Assembly: GCA_013416795.1 (NCBI GenBank)
Contig: RQSC01000842.1
Location: 1 to 36,726, forward strand
Reading direction: 5' to 3'
Length of the DNA stretch: 36,726 bases
From: Prasinococcaceae sp. CCMP 1430
Lineage: Eukaryota; Plantae; Prasinodermophyta
The position numbers and the translations under genes are program-made. The stretch's first letter is position 1. Each line of letters opens with the position of its first letter. The notes beneath the pieces were generated by a model. That model searched no databases. It worked only from the letters and a program-made list of their open reading frames with translations, and was not told the origin of the DNA. Below, one piece after another: positions 1 to 9,372 of the stretch.

Positions 1-2
1 CG

Positions 3-3000
3 TGCTCCCGCCTCCCGCGGCGCGCGAGCGCCGCACGCGACGAGCGCCGCGCGGCGGCGGGCGGCAAGCGCTTCCGCGAGGTCGCGGCAGAGCTCGGCGT
101 GGACGCGTGGCAGCGCTTCACGTCGGTGGCGCCCCCACAGTGCCCGCACGCGCAGACCTCGTTTCGCGACGGCAAGCTCGCGCGTGTCGAGGGGGTCTTC
201 TGCGAGGGCGTGCTATTCAGCGGCGGCGTGGCGACGGGCGACGTCGACGGCGACGGCGTGGATGACCTCGTAATGACGCGCTACGACGACAGCCCGGTGC
301 TCTTCCGCGGCACGCGCGACGGCGGCTTCGAGGACGCCTCGGAGGGGGCGGGACTCGTGGGCGTCGCCGGGCACACAAACGGGGCGCTGCTCTTCGACGC
401 CGACAACGACGGCGACCTCGACCTCTACATCACCACCGTGGGCAGCACGAGCGGGCACCTTTTCTTCGTCAACGACGGCGCGGGGCACTTCACTGAGGTC
501 GCGGAGGAGCGCGGCGTGATGCTGGCGACGCCCTACCCGAACAGCGGCACCAACCCCACCGCGGCAGACATCGACGGCGACGGCTTCCTCGACCTCCTCG
601 TGCCCGAATGGCTGCCCGACTTCAGCCGCACGCCTGAGTCCCCGCAGGTGACAGCCGCCATGGGGGGCTCGCGCCTGCTGCGCAACCGCGGCGCCGAGGG
701 CGACGCGTGCGGCCCCGCGCGCGACCAGAGCTGCGCGGGCCACTTCGTGGACGTGACGGTGAGCGCGGGCATCTCCCTCCCGCCGAACATCAATACGGAC
801 ACCGAGGGGTACGGCAAAGGCAACTACGACTTCCAGGCCGTGTGGCTCGACCAAAACGACGACGATCTCATCGACATGCTGATGGTCTCGGACTTCGGCG
901 GGTCGCGCGTGTGGATGAACGCCGGCAACGGGACCTTCGAGGACGCAGGGACGCCGGGGGGATGGATGGCGTACAGGCCCGACGCGATGGGGTCGGCGCT
1001 CGGCGACTTCACGGGCAACGGCAGGCTGGACGTGTTCCTGTCGGGCATCTACGACATAGACGAGCGCAAAGAACGCTCGCAGCTGATGCACGCGTTTGCG
1101 ATGGGTAACCTGCTGTGCATCGGCGAGCGCGGAGGGCAGAACAACTTCGAGGCGGACAGCCGCGAGACCGCGCGCCTGGGAATCAACCACGACTTCTGGG
1201 CATGGGGCTCCGCGTTCGTCGACCACGACAACTCGGGCGTGCTCTCGCTGGCCGTGACCAACGGCATGGACGTGCCAGGGATCACCGAGGACGACGGGCT
1301 GTACCTGAATCGCTCGGCGCACTTCTACGTGCGGGAGACCGCGGAGCCGACGTCGCCGCTTGCCGACCAGGGGCCGGGCGTGGGGTTCGCGCCTCGCACG
1401 GAAGGGCGCGCGCTGCTCACGTGGGACTTTGACGACGACGGCGCCATTGACATGGTGCACACCGGCAACAAGGCCAGGATGGAGTTGTATCGCAACGAGG
1501 GCGAGGCTGCCGGCCTGGAGCATGGAGCGTGGCTCCGCGTGAGCGTCAAGGAGCCACCGGCCCGCGGAGGCCGCGACTCGCTGGGCGCGCGCGTGCGCGT
1601 GCAGCTCGTCGGCGACGGCGAGTGGCGCCTCGGCTCCATCGGGCCGAAGGAGGGCTACCTTGCCAACGGCATGGTCGACGCGCACTTCGGCCTCGGCGAC
1701 GTTTCTACCGAGACGCCCGTGCACGCTGTGGAGGTGCGCTGGCCGGCGACGGGCAACGAGATGGTCCTTTACAACGTCTCACACAGCCGAACGCTGGTGG
1801 TGACGTCCCCCGCGGGATTCGAGGAGCGGGTGGTCATTGACTTTGCCTCGCAGGTGGATCGGTGCGCGCGCGCCACGATCGAGGCGATCACGCAGCCCGA
1901 GGCGGGAGGGGGCTCGCTTGTGCTCGAGCCATCGAGGCGCTCCATCCGTTACTATCCGCCCGCGCTTGCGCCCGGCACGAAGGCGACGCACAACTTCACG
2001 TACGTGCTCGGCGACGGCCTGGGTGGCACGTCCGAGGCCACGGTGACCCTGGCGCTCAGCGCATCGGAGGTGGCGTCCGGCGGCGAGGCGCCAACGAAAG
2101 GGTACGCGCCCTTCGACGGCCACGGCAACAACGTCGCGAACCCGACGCTCGGCTGCCCCTTCGCCCCCATGCTGCGCAGGGCCGGCTACGATTATGCCGA
2201 CGGCGTCGACGCCGCCGCCGGTCTGAATCGGCCGAGCGCTCGGCTCGTGTCCAACGCGCTGTGCCGGCAGGTCGGTAGTATGCCAGGCAGAGCGCGGCTG
2301 AACGACCTGCACACCAACTTCGGTCAGCTACTTGCGCACGACCTCGACTTCTCGACGCCCTTTGCCAACGCCAAGGTCGAGAGCAACCTCCCCATCGACG
2401 TCCCTGCTGGCGACCCGTGGTTCGACAGCTCCGCGGCGGGAGAGAAGACACTGCGCTTCAAGCGCAGCGGCGTCGTGGCGGGCACTGGCGCCAACTTCGA
2501 GATCCCACGCGAGCAATTCAACAAGGTGACATCGTTCCTGGATCTCTCGCAGGTGTACGGCTCGGACGCGACGCGCGCGGGAGCGCAGCGCGAGCGGAAG
2601 GGCGGCCGTTTGCTCATGGCCAGCGACGGGCTCCTGCCGCTCAACACGCTCGGGGTGCCGAATGCCAACCCGCTTGACAGGCCTCGCGAGGAGCTCTTCG
2701 TCTCCGGCGACAATCGGGCGAATGTGCAGCCGGGACTCTTGGTGCTGCACACGCTGTGGCACCGCGAACACAACGCCAATGCGGACGAGCTCGCGGCAGA
2801 GCTCGTCGAGGGACGCGCGGCGCGTGGCGACGCGCGAGGGGCTACCCTCACGGCCGAGGATGACGAGTCGCTCTTCCTGCGCGCGAGAGCCCTGACGATG
2901 GCGAAGTGGCAGGCCATCGTGGTGTACGAGTATCTGCCGCTCCTCCTGGGTGTGCGCTCGCTGGGCCCGTATGGCGGCTACAACGCCAGCGCGCATCCGG

Positions 3001-3887
3001 GCGTCAGCAACGAGTTCGCGACGGCGGCATTCCGCTACGGCCACTCTGCGGTGGCGGACGTGCTGCTGCGCCTGGACGAGCGTGGCGAAGAGCACGCGGC
3101 GGGCCACCTGCTCCTTCGCGATGCCTACTTCACGCCGGGCCGCGTGCGCGTCGAGGGCGGCATCGAGCCGCTGGCGCGTGGCATGCTCGCCCAGCCGGCG
3201 CAGGAGATTGACACGCGCATGGTGGAAGGCCTGCGCAACTTCCTCTTCGGCACATCGCGCGACGGCCTCGACTTGTGCGCGGTCAACATCCAGCGAGGGC
3301 GTGACCACGGCCTGGCCGACTTCAACAGCGCGAGGGAGGCGTACGGGCTCCCGCGCGTGCGCGACTTCGCGGAGGTGACGCCCGACGCGACCGTGCGCGC
3401 GCACCTCGAGGCGTTGTATGAGTCGGTCGACGACGTGGACCTGTTCGTCGCGGGGCTTGCCGAGCGCCACGTGAGGGGCGGCGCGCTGGGCGAGACGTTC
3501 GCCGCCATCATCGCCGAGCAGTTCGAGCGCACGCGCGCGGCGGATCGCTTCTGGTTCGAGAACGCAGACACGGCCCCCTTCCCCGAGCGCATTCCCGAGC
3601 TGCGCGCGACGCGCATCTGTGACATTCTCCAGAGGAACGCCCCCGGTGTGCGGTGCCCCGACGGTGGGTCCGCCTTCGTGCTCGATGCCGACGTCGGGGG
3701 CGATGGCGGCGACGGCGGCGGGGTCGAGTACGGCGGCGCTGTCGTTGCACTCGTTGGCGCTGGCAGCGCCCTCGGAGGCGCCGGCGTGGCGCTGCTGATG
3801 ACCCTGGCGGCGAGGCGTGCGGCAGCTTCAAGAGGAGGAGGGCGGCCGTACAAGCACGCCGCCCAGGCGAATGGGGGCACTCTGTAG
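3..3887 (+). CDS. Multidomain membrane-anchored heme peroxidase: FG-GAP beta-propeller + ASPIC/UnbV + Ig/cadherin-like (Big_9-type) + peroxidase-cyclooxygenase family domain + C-terminal TM; 5'-partial
   Basis: Frame +3 is open from position 3 (GGKRFREVAAELGV precedes the ORF-track start at 99). Seven DxDxDG-type repeats (GDVDGDGVDDL, DADNDGDLDL, DIDGDGFLDL, DQNDDDLIDM, DFTGNGRLDV, DHDNSGVLSL, DFDDDGAIDM). ASPIC/UnbV motif (WLRV...SLGARVRV...GYLA...HFGLG...VEVRWP). Ig-like FTYVLGDGLGGTSEATVTL. Peroxidase motifs FGQLLAHD, TSFLDLSQVYGS, GDNRAN, FRYGH, NIQRGRDHG. Hydrophobic helix at about 3742-3810 followed by basic residues. Confidence 0.9.
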   Translation, partial: CSRLPRRASAARDERRAAAGGKRFREVAAELGVDAWQRFTSVAPPQCPHAQTSFRDGKLARVEGVFCEGVLFSGGVATGDVDGDGVDDLVMTRYDDSPVLFRGTRDGGFEDASEGAGLVGVAGHTNGALLFDADNDGDLDLYITTVGSTSGHLFFVNDGAGHFTEVAEERGVMLATPYPNSGTNPTAADIDGDGFLDLLVPEWLPDFSRTPESPQVTAAMGGSRLLRNRGAEGDACGPARDQSCAGHFVDVTVSAGISLPPNINTDTEGYGKGNYDFQAVWLDQNDDDLIDMLMVSDFGGSRVWMNAGNGTFEDAGTPGGWMAYRPDAMGSALGDFTGNGRLDVFLSGIYDIDERKERSQLMHAFAMGNLLCIGERGGQNNFEADSRETARLGINHDFWAWGSAFVDHDNSGVLSLAVTNGMDVPGITEDDGLYLNRSAHFYVRETAEPTSPLADQGPGVGFAPRTEGRALLTWDFDDDGAIDMVHTGNKARMELYRNEGEAAGLEHGAWLRVSVKEPPARGGRDSLGARVRVQLVGDGEWRLGSIGPKEGYLANGMVDAHFGLGDVSTETPVHAVEVRWPATGNEMVLYNVSHSRTLVVTSPAGFEERVVIDFASQVDRCARATIEAITQPEAGGGSLVLEPSRRSIRYYPPALAPGTKATHNFTYVLGDGLGGTSEATVTLALSASEVASGGEAPTKGYAPFDGHGNNVANPTLGCPFAPMLRRAGYDYADGVDAAAGLNRPSARLVSNALCRQVGSMPGRARLNDLHTNFGQLLAHDLDFSTPFANAKVESNLPIDVPAGDPWFDSSAAGEKTLRFKRSGVVAGTGANFEIPREQFNKVTSFLDLSQVYGSDATRAGAQRERKGGRLLMASDGLLPLNTLGVPNANPLDRPREELFVSGDNRANVQPGLLVLHTLWHREHNANADELAAELVEGRAARGDARGATLTAEDDESLFLRARALTMAKWQAIVVYEYLPLLLGVRSLGPYGGYNASAHPGVSNEFATAAFRYGHSAVADVLLRLDERGEEHAAGHLLLRDAYFTPGRVRVEGGIEPLARGMLAQPAQEIDTRMVEGLRNFLFGTSRDGLDLCAVNIQRGRDHGLADFNSAREAYGLPRVRDFAEVTPDATVRAHLEALYESVDDVDLFVAGLAERHVRGGALGETFAAIIAEQFERTRAADRFWFENADTAPFPERIPELRATRICDILQRNAPGVRCPDGGSAFVLDADVGGDGGDGGGVEYGGAVVALVGAGSALGGAGVALLMTLAARRAAASRGGGRPYKHAAQANGGTL

Positions 3888-4038
3888 TCTCGAGTCGTCC
3901 GGCAATGGTAGCTGAGACTGTGCGGATGTTGGAGAGGCTGAAGTGGCGCGTGGCACACTGAGACTTTTGTATCGTACTAATCCAATTGACAATCCATTCA
4001 ACCTGTGCATCGATCGAGCGCTCGCGGCCGGCGCCAGA

Positions 4039-4056
4039 CCCCCCCCCCCCCCCCCC

Positions 4057-4090
<34 letters not shown>
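4039..4090. repeat. Abutting homopolymers C20-G32
   Basis: Read directly: C run 4039-4058, then G run 4059-4090, in the convergent intergenic region. Confidence 0.9.
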
Positions 4091-4091
<1 letters not shown>

Positions 4092-4585
4092 GCGTGTCGC
4101 GCCTCGCATGCGCGCGCGCCGTCTCTGAGCGCGAGCGGCGGGCGCGGCCGTTGCCTGCAACGCGGCGCTTTCCGCGCGCGGCATGGTCGGCGCGGGCCAC
4201 GGTGACGCGCGCGCGGCCCTTGCATGCACAACTCGGACCGTCTGCCGGTGCCGCAGCGGGACGGGGCAGCGCCGGGCTACGCGGAGGAGATGGCATGTGG
4301 CTGCCGCTATCGCAGGTGGCGGGCGGAACGGGGCGGCGCCGCAGGGCGGGCAGGGGTGTGTGTGGGCGGGGGAGGGGGGGCAAGGGAAAACGAAAAGGCG
4401 CGCGTTGGATCCCGCAGTGGGCGCGGGCGTTGCAGCAGTACCACGCGCGTGCGTTCAGTGCTGCTCACCGACGTGCGCTGCGCTTACGTTCCCGCGCGGG
4501 GTCGGAGCAGAGGCGCGGGTCGGGAAGCCTCGCGCGGGAGACGGGGGGGAGATCTCGCGTGCGGCGGCCACGGCGCGGCCGCAGC

Positions 4586-5575
4586 TCAGAGCTGTCCAGT
4601 AGCGGCCGGCGCGCCGAAGGCAATGCGCCCGAGGTCGCCGATCGAGCGCTGCACGGCGCGGATCGCCGACTGCCCGCGCGAGCTCAGCAGCATAGCGAGC
4701 ACCGCCGCGCCTGCGACGGCGATCGTCGCGCCATGCGCGTCGAGCGGCCACGTGCCCAGCTTCAGGTTGCTCGCGATGCTGCCGACGCCATCTCCGCCCG
4801 CGGCGGCACCCTTGCTGCTCGCCACCGCGGCGGGCGCCGCGCCCGCCGGGGCCTTGCCAGTCGCTGAGCGCGCGGGTAGGGTCGGCGCCGAGGTAGACGC
4901 CTCCGCTTTGCGCGCGAGCGCAGCCTCCGCCGCGGCAGCCTCCTCCTCCTCCTCCTCGGCCGCCACAGCCTCGGCGATCTGCTTGAGGATCTGGGCCTTG
5001 GCGGTCGCCTCGAGCGCGCCAGCGGGCAGCGCCTTCACCCACGCCTCCGCGGCGGCCGCGTCGCCTTCGGCGGTGTATGTGATATCGAATGCGTACATGC
5101 GCGCGCAAGCAGCCACGCGCTTGGCCATGGTGCGCGTGCTGTCCAGCTTGCCGAGCCGCGCGAGCGCGGGCGACGCGCCGTCCGCACCGGCGACGTACGC
5201 CGCGATCAGCGCCGCCGCCGCGTCGCGGCCGGGCTTGCCCTGCGCGGCCATTAGGTTTGCGAGTAGGACGACGATCGAGGCGTGGCAGTTTGCCACACCG
5301 CCCACCAGCTCATTGAGCACCGCCTCACACTCCTTCGTGCGCATCATCTTGTCGTACGCCTGCAACAGCACGAAGAGCGCGCATGTGACCAGCGAGCCCC
5401 CGTCGGCGGCCTCGCGCGCAGAGGCGCTCCCTGCGGCGCGCACGGCGGCCACGGCCGACTCCGCCGCGTCATCGAAACATCCACACACCAGATAGCGCTC
5501 CGCCTCGTCCAGGCGCGCCTCGGGCCCGACCGCCGCCGTCGCGGCCGCGATGCGCCTGTCGATGTCCGAGAGCAT
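4586..5575 (-). CDS. APEM9: APEM9/PEX26-type tail-anchored peroxisomal membrane protein (PEX1-PEX6 anchor)
   Basis: ATG at 5575, TGA at 4586-4588, 329 aa. RLDEAERYLVCGCFDDA and LFVLLQAYDKMMRTKECEAVLNELVGGV resemble the plant APEM9 N-terminus as I recall it (IERSESYLVCSMYEEA...GMVLVQSL...EIVNELRDVFGEV). C-terminal TM (ATIAVAGAAVLAMLLS) followed by AVQRSIGDLGRIAF, similar to the APEM9 tail KALADLWQLAF. Confidence 0.75.
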   Translation of the reverse strand: MLSDIDRRIAAATAAVGPEARLDEAERYLVCGCFDDAAESAVAAVRAAGSASAREAADGGSLVTCALFVLLQAYDKMMRTKECEAVLNELVGGVANCHASIVVLLANLMAAQGKPGRDAAAALIAAYVAGADGASPALARLGKLDSTRTMAKRVAACARMYAFDITYTAEGDAAAAEAWVKALPAGALEATAKAQILKQIAEAVAAEEEEEEAAAAEAALARKAEASTSAPTLPARSATGKAPAGAAPAAVASSKGAAAGGDGVGSIASNLKLGTWPLDAHGATIAVAGAAVLAMLLSSRGQSAIRAVQRSIGDLGRIAFGAPAATGQL

Positions 5576-6304
5576 CGCCGCGTCGATGCTCTCACCGAAC
5601 TCCTTGCGGAANACACGCGCGCGCCCCGCGCGTCGCGCCGCGCCGCCGCGCCCGGATGCGTTTCGACCTCGCGGTCCGCCGGCGCCGGTCCGACCGGGTC
5701 TTCCTTCGGACGCAGGGGGGGCATCCCAGGCGCACGACCGGGGATCTCCCGCGATGGAAGCGCGTCCCAGGGTTCGTTCGGCGCGCGTCCCTGGTCTGCG
5801 GAGCCGACGGCGTCGCGGCGGCGGCGCGCTCGCGCGCGCTGCGCTGCGCGCGCGCCCGAAAGCCCTCCTCGCACCCATCACCACACAAGGGGAGTTCGGG
5901 AAGACGCGCGGGGTCTCTCTCTGTCCGTGGTGTCTGTGTTGAGAGGAGCGCAGGACTGTGTGCACACGTGCCGTGACGGAACCGTGGGCCGCTTCCTCCT
6001 CGCGCTTCGTCTCGGTCTCTGCCCTTCCATCGAGTTCCCCAAGGCGCACGCCTCGGCAGGGTGAGTCGGCACCGCAGCTGGGGAGTCGACTGCCCGCCAG
6101 AGCACGCGCGGAGCGGCCCATCACCGCGGCCTTGTTCGGATGGACCCATCGCACGCAGCATTCACACCGCACCTCTCTTGCTGGCGAAGGTGCCGGCTGC
6201 GCGCCGCGCTCTTGCGAAGCCGCGGGTGAGAAGCGCGCAGCCGCTCGCAGCTGCGACCCGTGCGACCCGTGCGACCTTGCGACAGCGCGAGGTTGAGGTT
6301 GTCA

Positions 6305-6314
6305 TTTAGGGTTT
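6305..6314. promoter_or_regulatory. Telo-box (AAACCCTAAA on minus strand) in the APEM9/DUF3007 divergent promoter
   Basis: TTTAGGGTTT read directly; matches the plant telo-box AAACCCTA. Confidence 0.55.
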
Positions 6315-6473
6315 ATCCGCGGGTGCGACCGGGCCGCGAGGACAGTCGCGGCGACCCCGTCGTTTTTGTGGTAAAAGAAGTTCTGTGTTTTGCGGAATTT
6401 GGCATTGTCTCTGCGGACTCTGGTTATTTGGCCCGGCGCAGAGCAGGGTTTCCGTTCGGGCGCATGGCGTTTG

Positions 6474-6920
6474 ATGTGGGCGCGCGAGCGGCGCGAGCAC
6501 GGGGCGCCACGGCGGCGCGGCGCGCGACCGCGGCGCGCGGCGGCGCGCGCCGAGGGCGGTGCCGACGGCGCGGAGCAGCAGGAGGGGAGGAAGTTCGTGC
6601 AGAACACCGAGTTCGGGCGCTCGCGCAAGGACGTGCTGCTCATCTGCGCGGCGCTCTTCGTGCTGCCGTTCGGCCTGCGCTCGGCGCTTGAGGCCGCGGG
6701 CATGTCGCACCTGCGCGCGGGCTCGACGAGCGTGGCCCTCTTCATGGTGGTGGTCATGCTCGGCTACACGAGCACGTACCTCTTCCGTGTGGGGCGCAAG
6801 GAAATGACGTACATCACGCAGCTCAAGGAGTACGAGGAGGCCGTCATGGAGAAGCGCCTCGAGGAGATGCCCAGCGCCGAGGTCGAGAAGCTGCTGGAAG
6901 AGCTCTCAGGGGACAAGTGA
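6474..6920 (+). CDS. DUF3007 family membrane protein (cyanobacterial/plastid type)
   Basis: FGRSRKDVLLI...two TM helices...TYLFRVGRKEMTYITQLKEYEEAVMEKRLEEM matches the DUF3007 signature. First in-frame ATG at 6474, Arg/Ala-rich transit-like N-terminus; start uncertain. Confidence 0.85.
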   Translation: MWARERREHGAPRRRGARPRRAAARAEGGADGAEQQEGRKFVQNTEFGRSRKDVLLICAALFVLPFGLRSALEAAGMSHLRAGSTSVALFMVVVMLGYTSTYLFRVGRKEMTYITQLKEYEEAVMEKRLEEMPSAEVEKLLEELSGDK

Positions 6921-7232
6921 ACAGCGTGCTGCGGAGACCGGGTGGTGGCCGCTGCCTCCCCACTCTAGCTAGAGCTGCAGTAGTGAGTCCGCGAGAGGCG
7001 CCAGCTGGCCGGGGGCTGCACACCGCGCGCCGGCGTGACAAGCAAGACTGTTTCGTTTACGTCTGACGTGTGTTTTATGAGTACATGGGCGCCCGCGCTC
7101 GCGTGTGTGCCCGAGCGCGCGGCCTGTCGCGATTTGCTGCATTGTTGGCGCAGCTCTCTCACCACTCCATTCCCCCAGCCCCGCCTGGCGGGGTGGCATC
7201 CGTGCGATTCTTGAGCCAGCGAGTGGCGGCCC

Positions 7233-9045
7233 TCACCCGGACCCGGCCATCTCCTCGAGCTGCAGGGCTCGCTGGTCGGCCTTGGCGCGGTTCTGTTTGC
7301 GGCGCGCGCGCCGGCCGGGCTTGCCGCTGCTGCCCGGCGTGTGCACGTGCTGCGGCGGCGACGCGCCGAAGACCTGCGCGCGCGGTGTGTGGCACATGAT
7401 GGCAGCGCGTGAGGCGCGTCAGCGGGCGGGCGCGTACGGGCGTCCATGCGAGCGCGCGAGGGCGTCGCCAGGCCGATGCAGCCAGCGCGCACGTGCGCGC
7501 GCCGCCCACCTTGTCCGATGGCCCGCTGTTGCGCCTCCCCCATCCCCCGGCCGCATTGGGCGACGTCCCAAGGTAGCCCGCACTGAGCGCGGGCGACTTG
7601 CTGAGCTTGCCGCCGCTATACTTTGGCGAGCGCGCGTGCGCGCTGCTGCCCGCGCCGCTGCTGCCCGAGCCGCCCGCGCCGTTCCTGCCCCTGCGTGGGA
7701 CGGCCGACATGCGGCCGGCCTGCACGTAGCCGCCCGCGCCGAAGCGGCGGTTTCCCAGCGTGATTTGGTTGCGCACCTTGTGGCTCGCGCGATAGCCACA
7801 GTCGTCGTCGTAGTCGCAGTCCAGGTCCCACTGGCACTCGTCGTCGTGGTCGTCGAAGCTGGTGTTGGGCGACGCGCAGTGGTCCTCGGCGCCGCGCAGA
7901 GCCTGCTTGCCGCGCACGAACCATGAGGCGCGCAACAAGAGCGTCACCGGCTCCTCGCCGAGCTCGTCCCCAACGGAGCCGTCCAGCGCGCGCCGGGTGA
8001 GCATGTATTCGAAAGGCACCTTGCAGGTCGGGCAAGGCACCTGCGCGTCGTTGTTGTCCCCTGCCTTGAAGCGCGCCCAGTCGAGGATGCAGCCGATGCA
8101 GTATGCGTGCATGCATCCCTTGACCAGCGAAAGCTCCTCGTATGGCACCTCATCGAGGCAAACCGCGCAAAGCACAGCGTCGTCCTCCTCTTCCGGCGCC
8201 TCGGGCGGCCCTTCGGGCAGGGGCGCCTTGCCCTTGCCGACGAGCGCATCCTCCGCCGGGGCGTATTCCGAAGACGGCGACACGCTGAGTGGCGAGCTGC
8301 TGCCGTGCATTTCCGCCTCTGCGTCGGCCGCTGCGTCGGGGCGCGCGTCCATGTCCACCGCCCACTCGTCGTCGTCGGAATGCGCAAACATGGCGTCGTC
8401 GGCGCCCCAGCCGCACAGCGGGTCAGCGGCGGGCGGCGGGGTTTGAAGCTCCTCGCCGTAGTCGAAAGGCAGCCAGCCGTCGTCGCTGGCATTGCCATCG
8501 CAGCGAACGCCTGGCGCATGGTCGTCCTCGGCCGCCTTGCTCTTGCCCTTGCCCTTGTCCGCCGCTGCCGCATCGGGCGAGCCCTCACGCGCAAGCACGA
8601 AGGGGGGGGTGGAGGGCGTCGCCACGGGCATAGCCGCTGCCGCTGTAGGCGGCGTCGCCGGACACGCCGCCGCTGCCACTGAAGGCGCCGCCGCTGAGGG
8701 AGACGACGCCGTCCCTGCCACAGCCGCGGCCGCCGTGGGCCACGCTTCCACATCAACCACCGTGCCACCCACCTCGGGGAGCGCGCCGTCCGCCTGGGGC
8801 GCCTTGCGCGGCACGCCCCACCCTCCCCACGCGGGTGCGGGGCGCCCGGCCAGCGTCGAGCGCTCGCCGAGCGCAGGCCAACAGCTGCTGCCCCCGGCGG
8901 CGCTTGCGGGCTCGGGCGCGGCCGCTGCCGCCAGGTGGAAGAGGCGCTCTCCATGCGGCGTGGGGAAGAGCTCCACACCCACGCGCCCGCCGTCCACCAT
9001 CAGGCACACCACCACGGCGAGCGCGCCGCCGTCCGCGTGCGACAT
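7233..9045 (-). CDS. C3HC4 RING-finger protein, plant-type family (putative E3 ligase); exons 9045-7510 and 7373-7233
   Basis: CAVC...CMH..CIGC...CPTC RING followed by LDG...EEPVTLLLRASWF and GNRRFGAGGYVQAGR motifs. Intron 7509-7374 (AAG|GTGGGC...GCTGAC...CGCAG|GTC) keeps frame and gives the C-terminus VFGASPPQ...EEMAGSG*. Confidence 0.85.
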
Positions 9046-9341
9046 CGCTCGCGCCCGCGCCCGCACGAGCGTTCCGGAGCTCGAGGCAAACCGCCGCGCA
9101 CGCTCGTCAAGCCCCCTTCCCCTACTCACCCCCCCTTTCTCTCCGCGCAGCTGCGCGCCTCGCCCGGGCGGGTGACCTGCCGCGCGCGCGCGCTCGCGCG
9201 CGCGCCCCAGCGAGCGGCCACAGCTCCCCGCTCCCCCCAGGGGAGCCGGCCGGCCGCGGGTGCGGAGAGGCCGAGGGGAAAGCCGGAGGGACCGCGCCAC
9301 GAGCGGCAGAACGGGCGTCTGGAAAGGTCGAGGATTGCTCG

Positions 9342-9369
<28 letters not shown>
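9342..9369. repeat. Poly-C tract (C28) upstream of the RING gene
   Basis: Read directly. Confidence 0.85.

Positions 9370-9372
<3 letters not shown>

Noticed and set aside
5576-6172. N-terminal extension of the APEM9 ORF
   Set aside because: Reads through an ambiguous base at 5612 and looks like GC-rich UTR or promoter; homology starts after ATG 5575.
6375-6386. GAAGTTC as a heat-shock element in the APEM9/DUF3007 promoter
   Set aside because: GAA and TTC are one base apart, not the two required for the nGAAnnTTCn phase.
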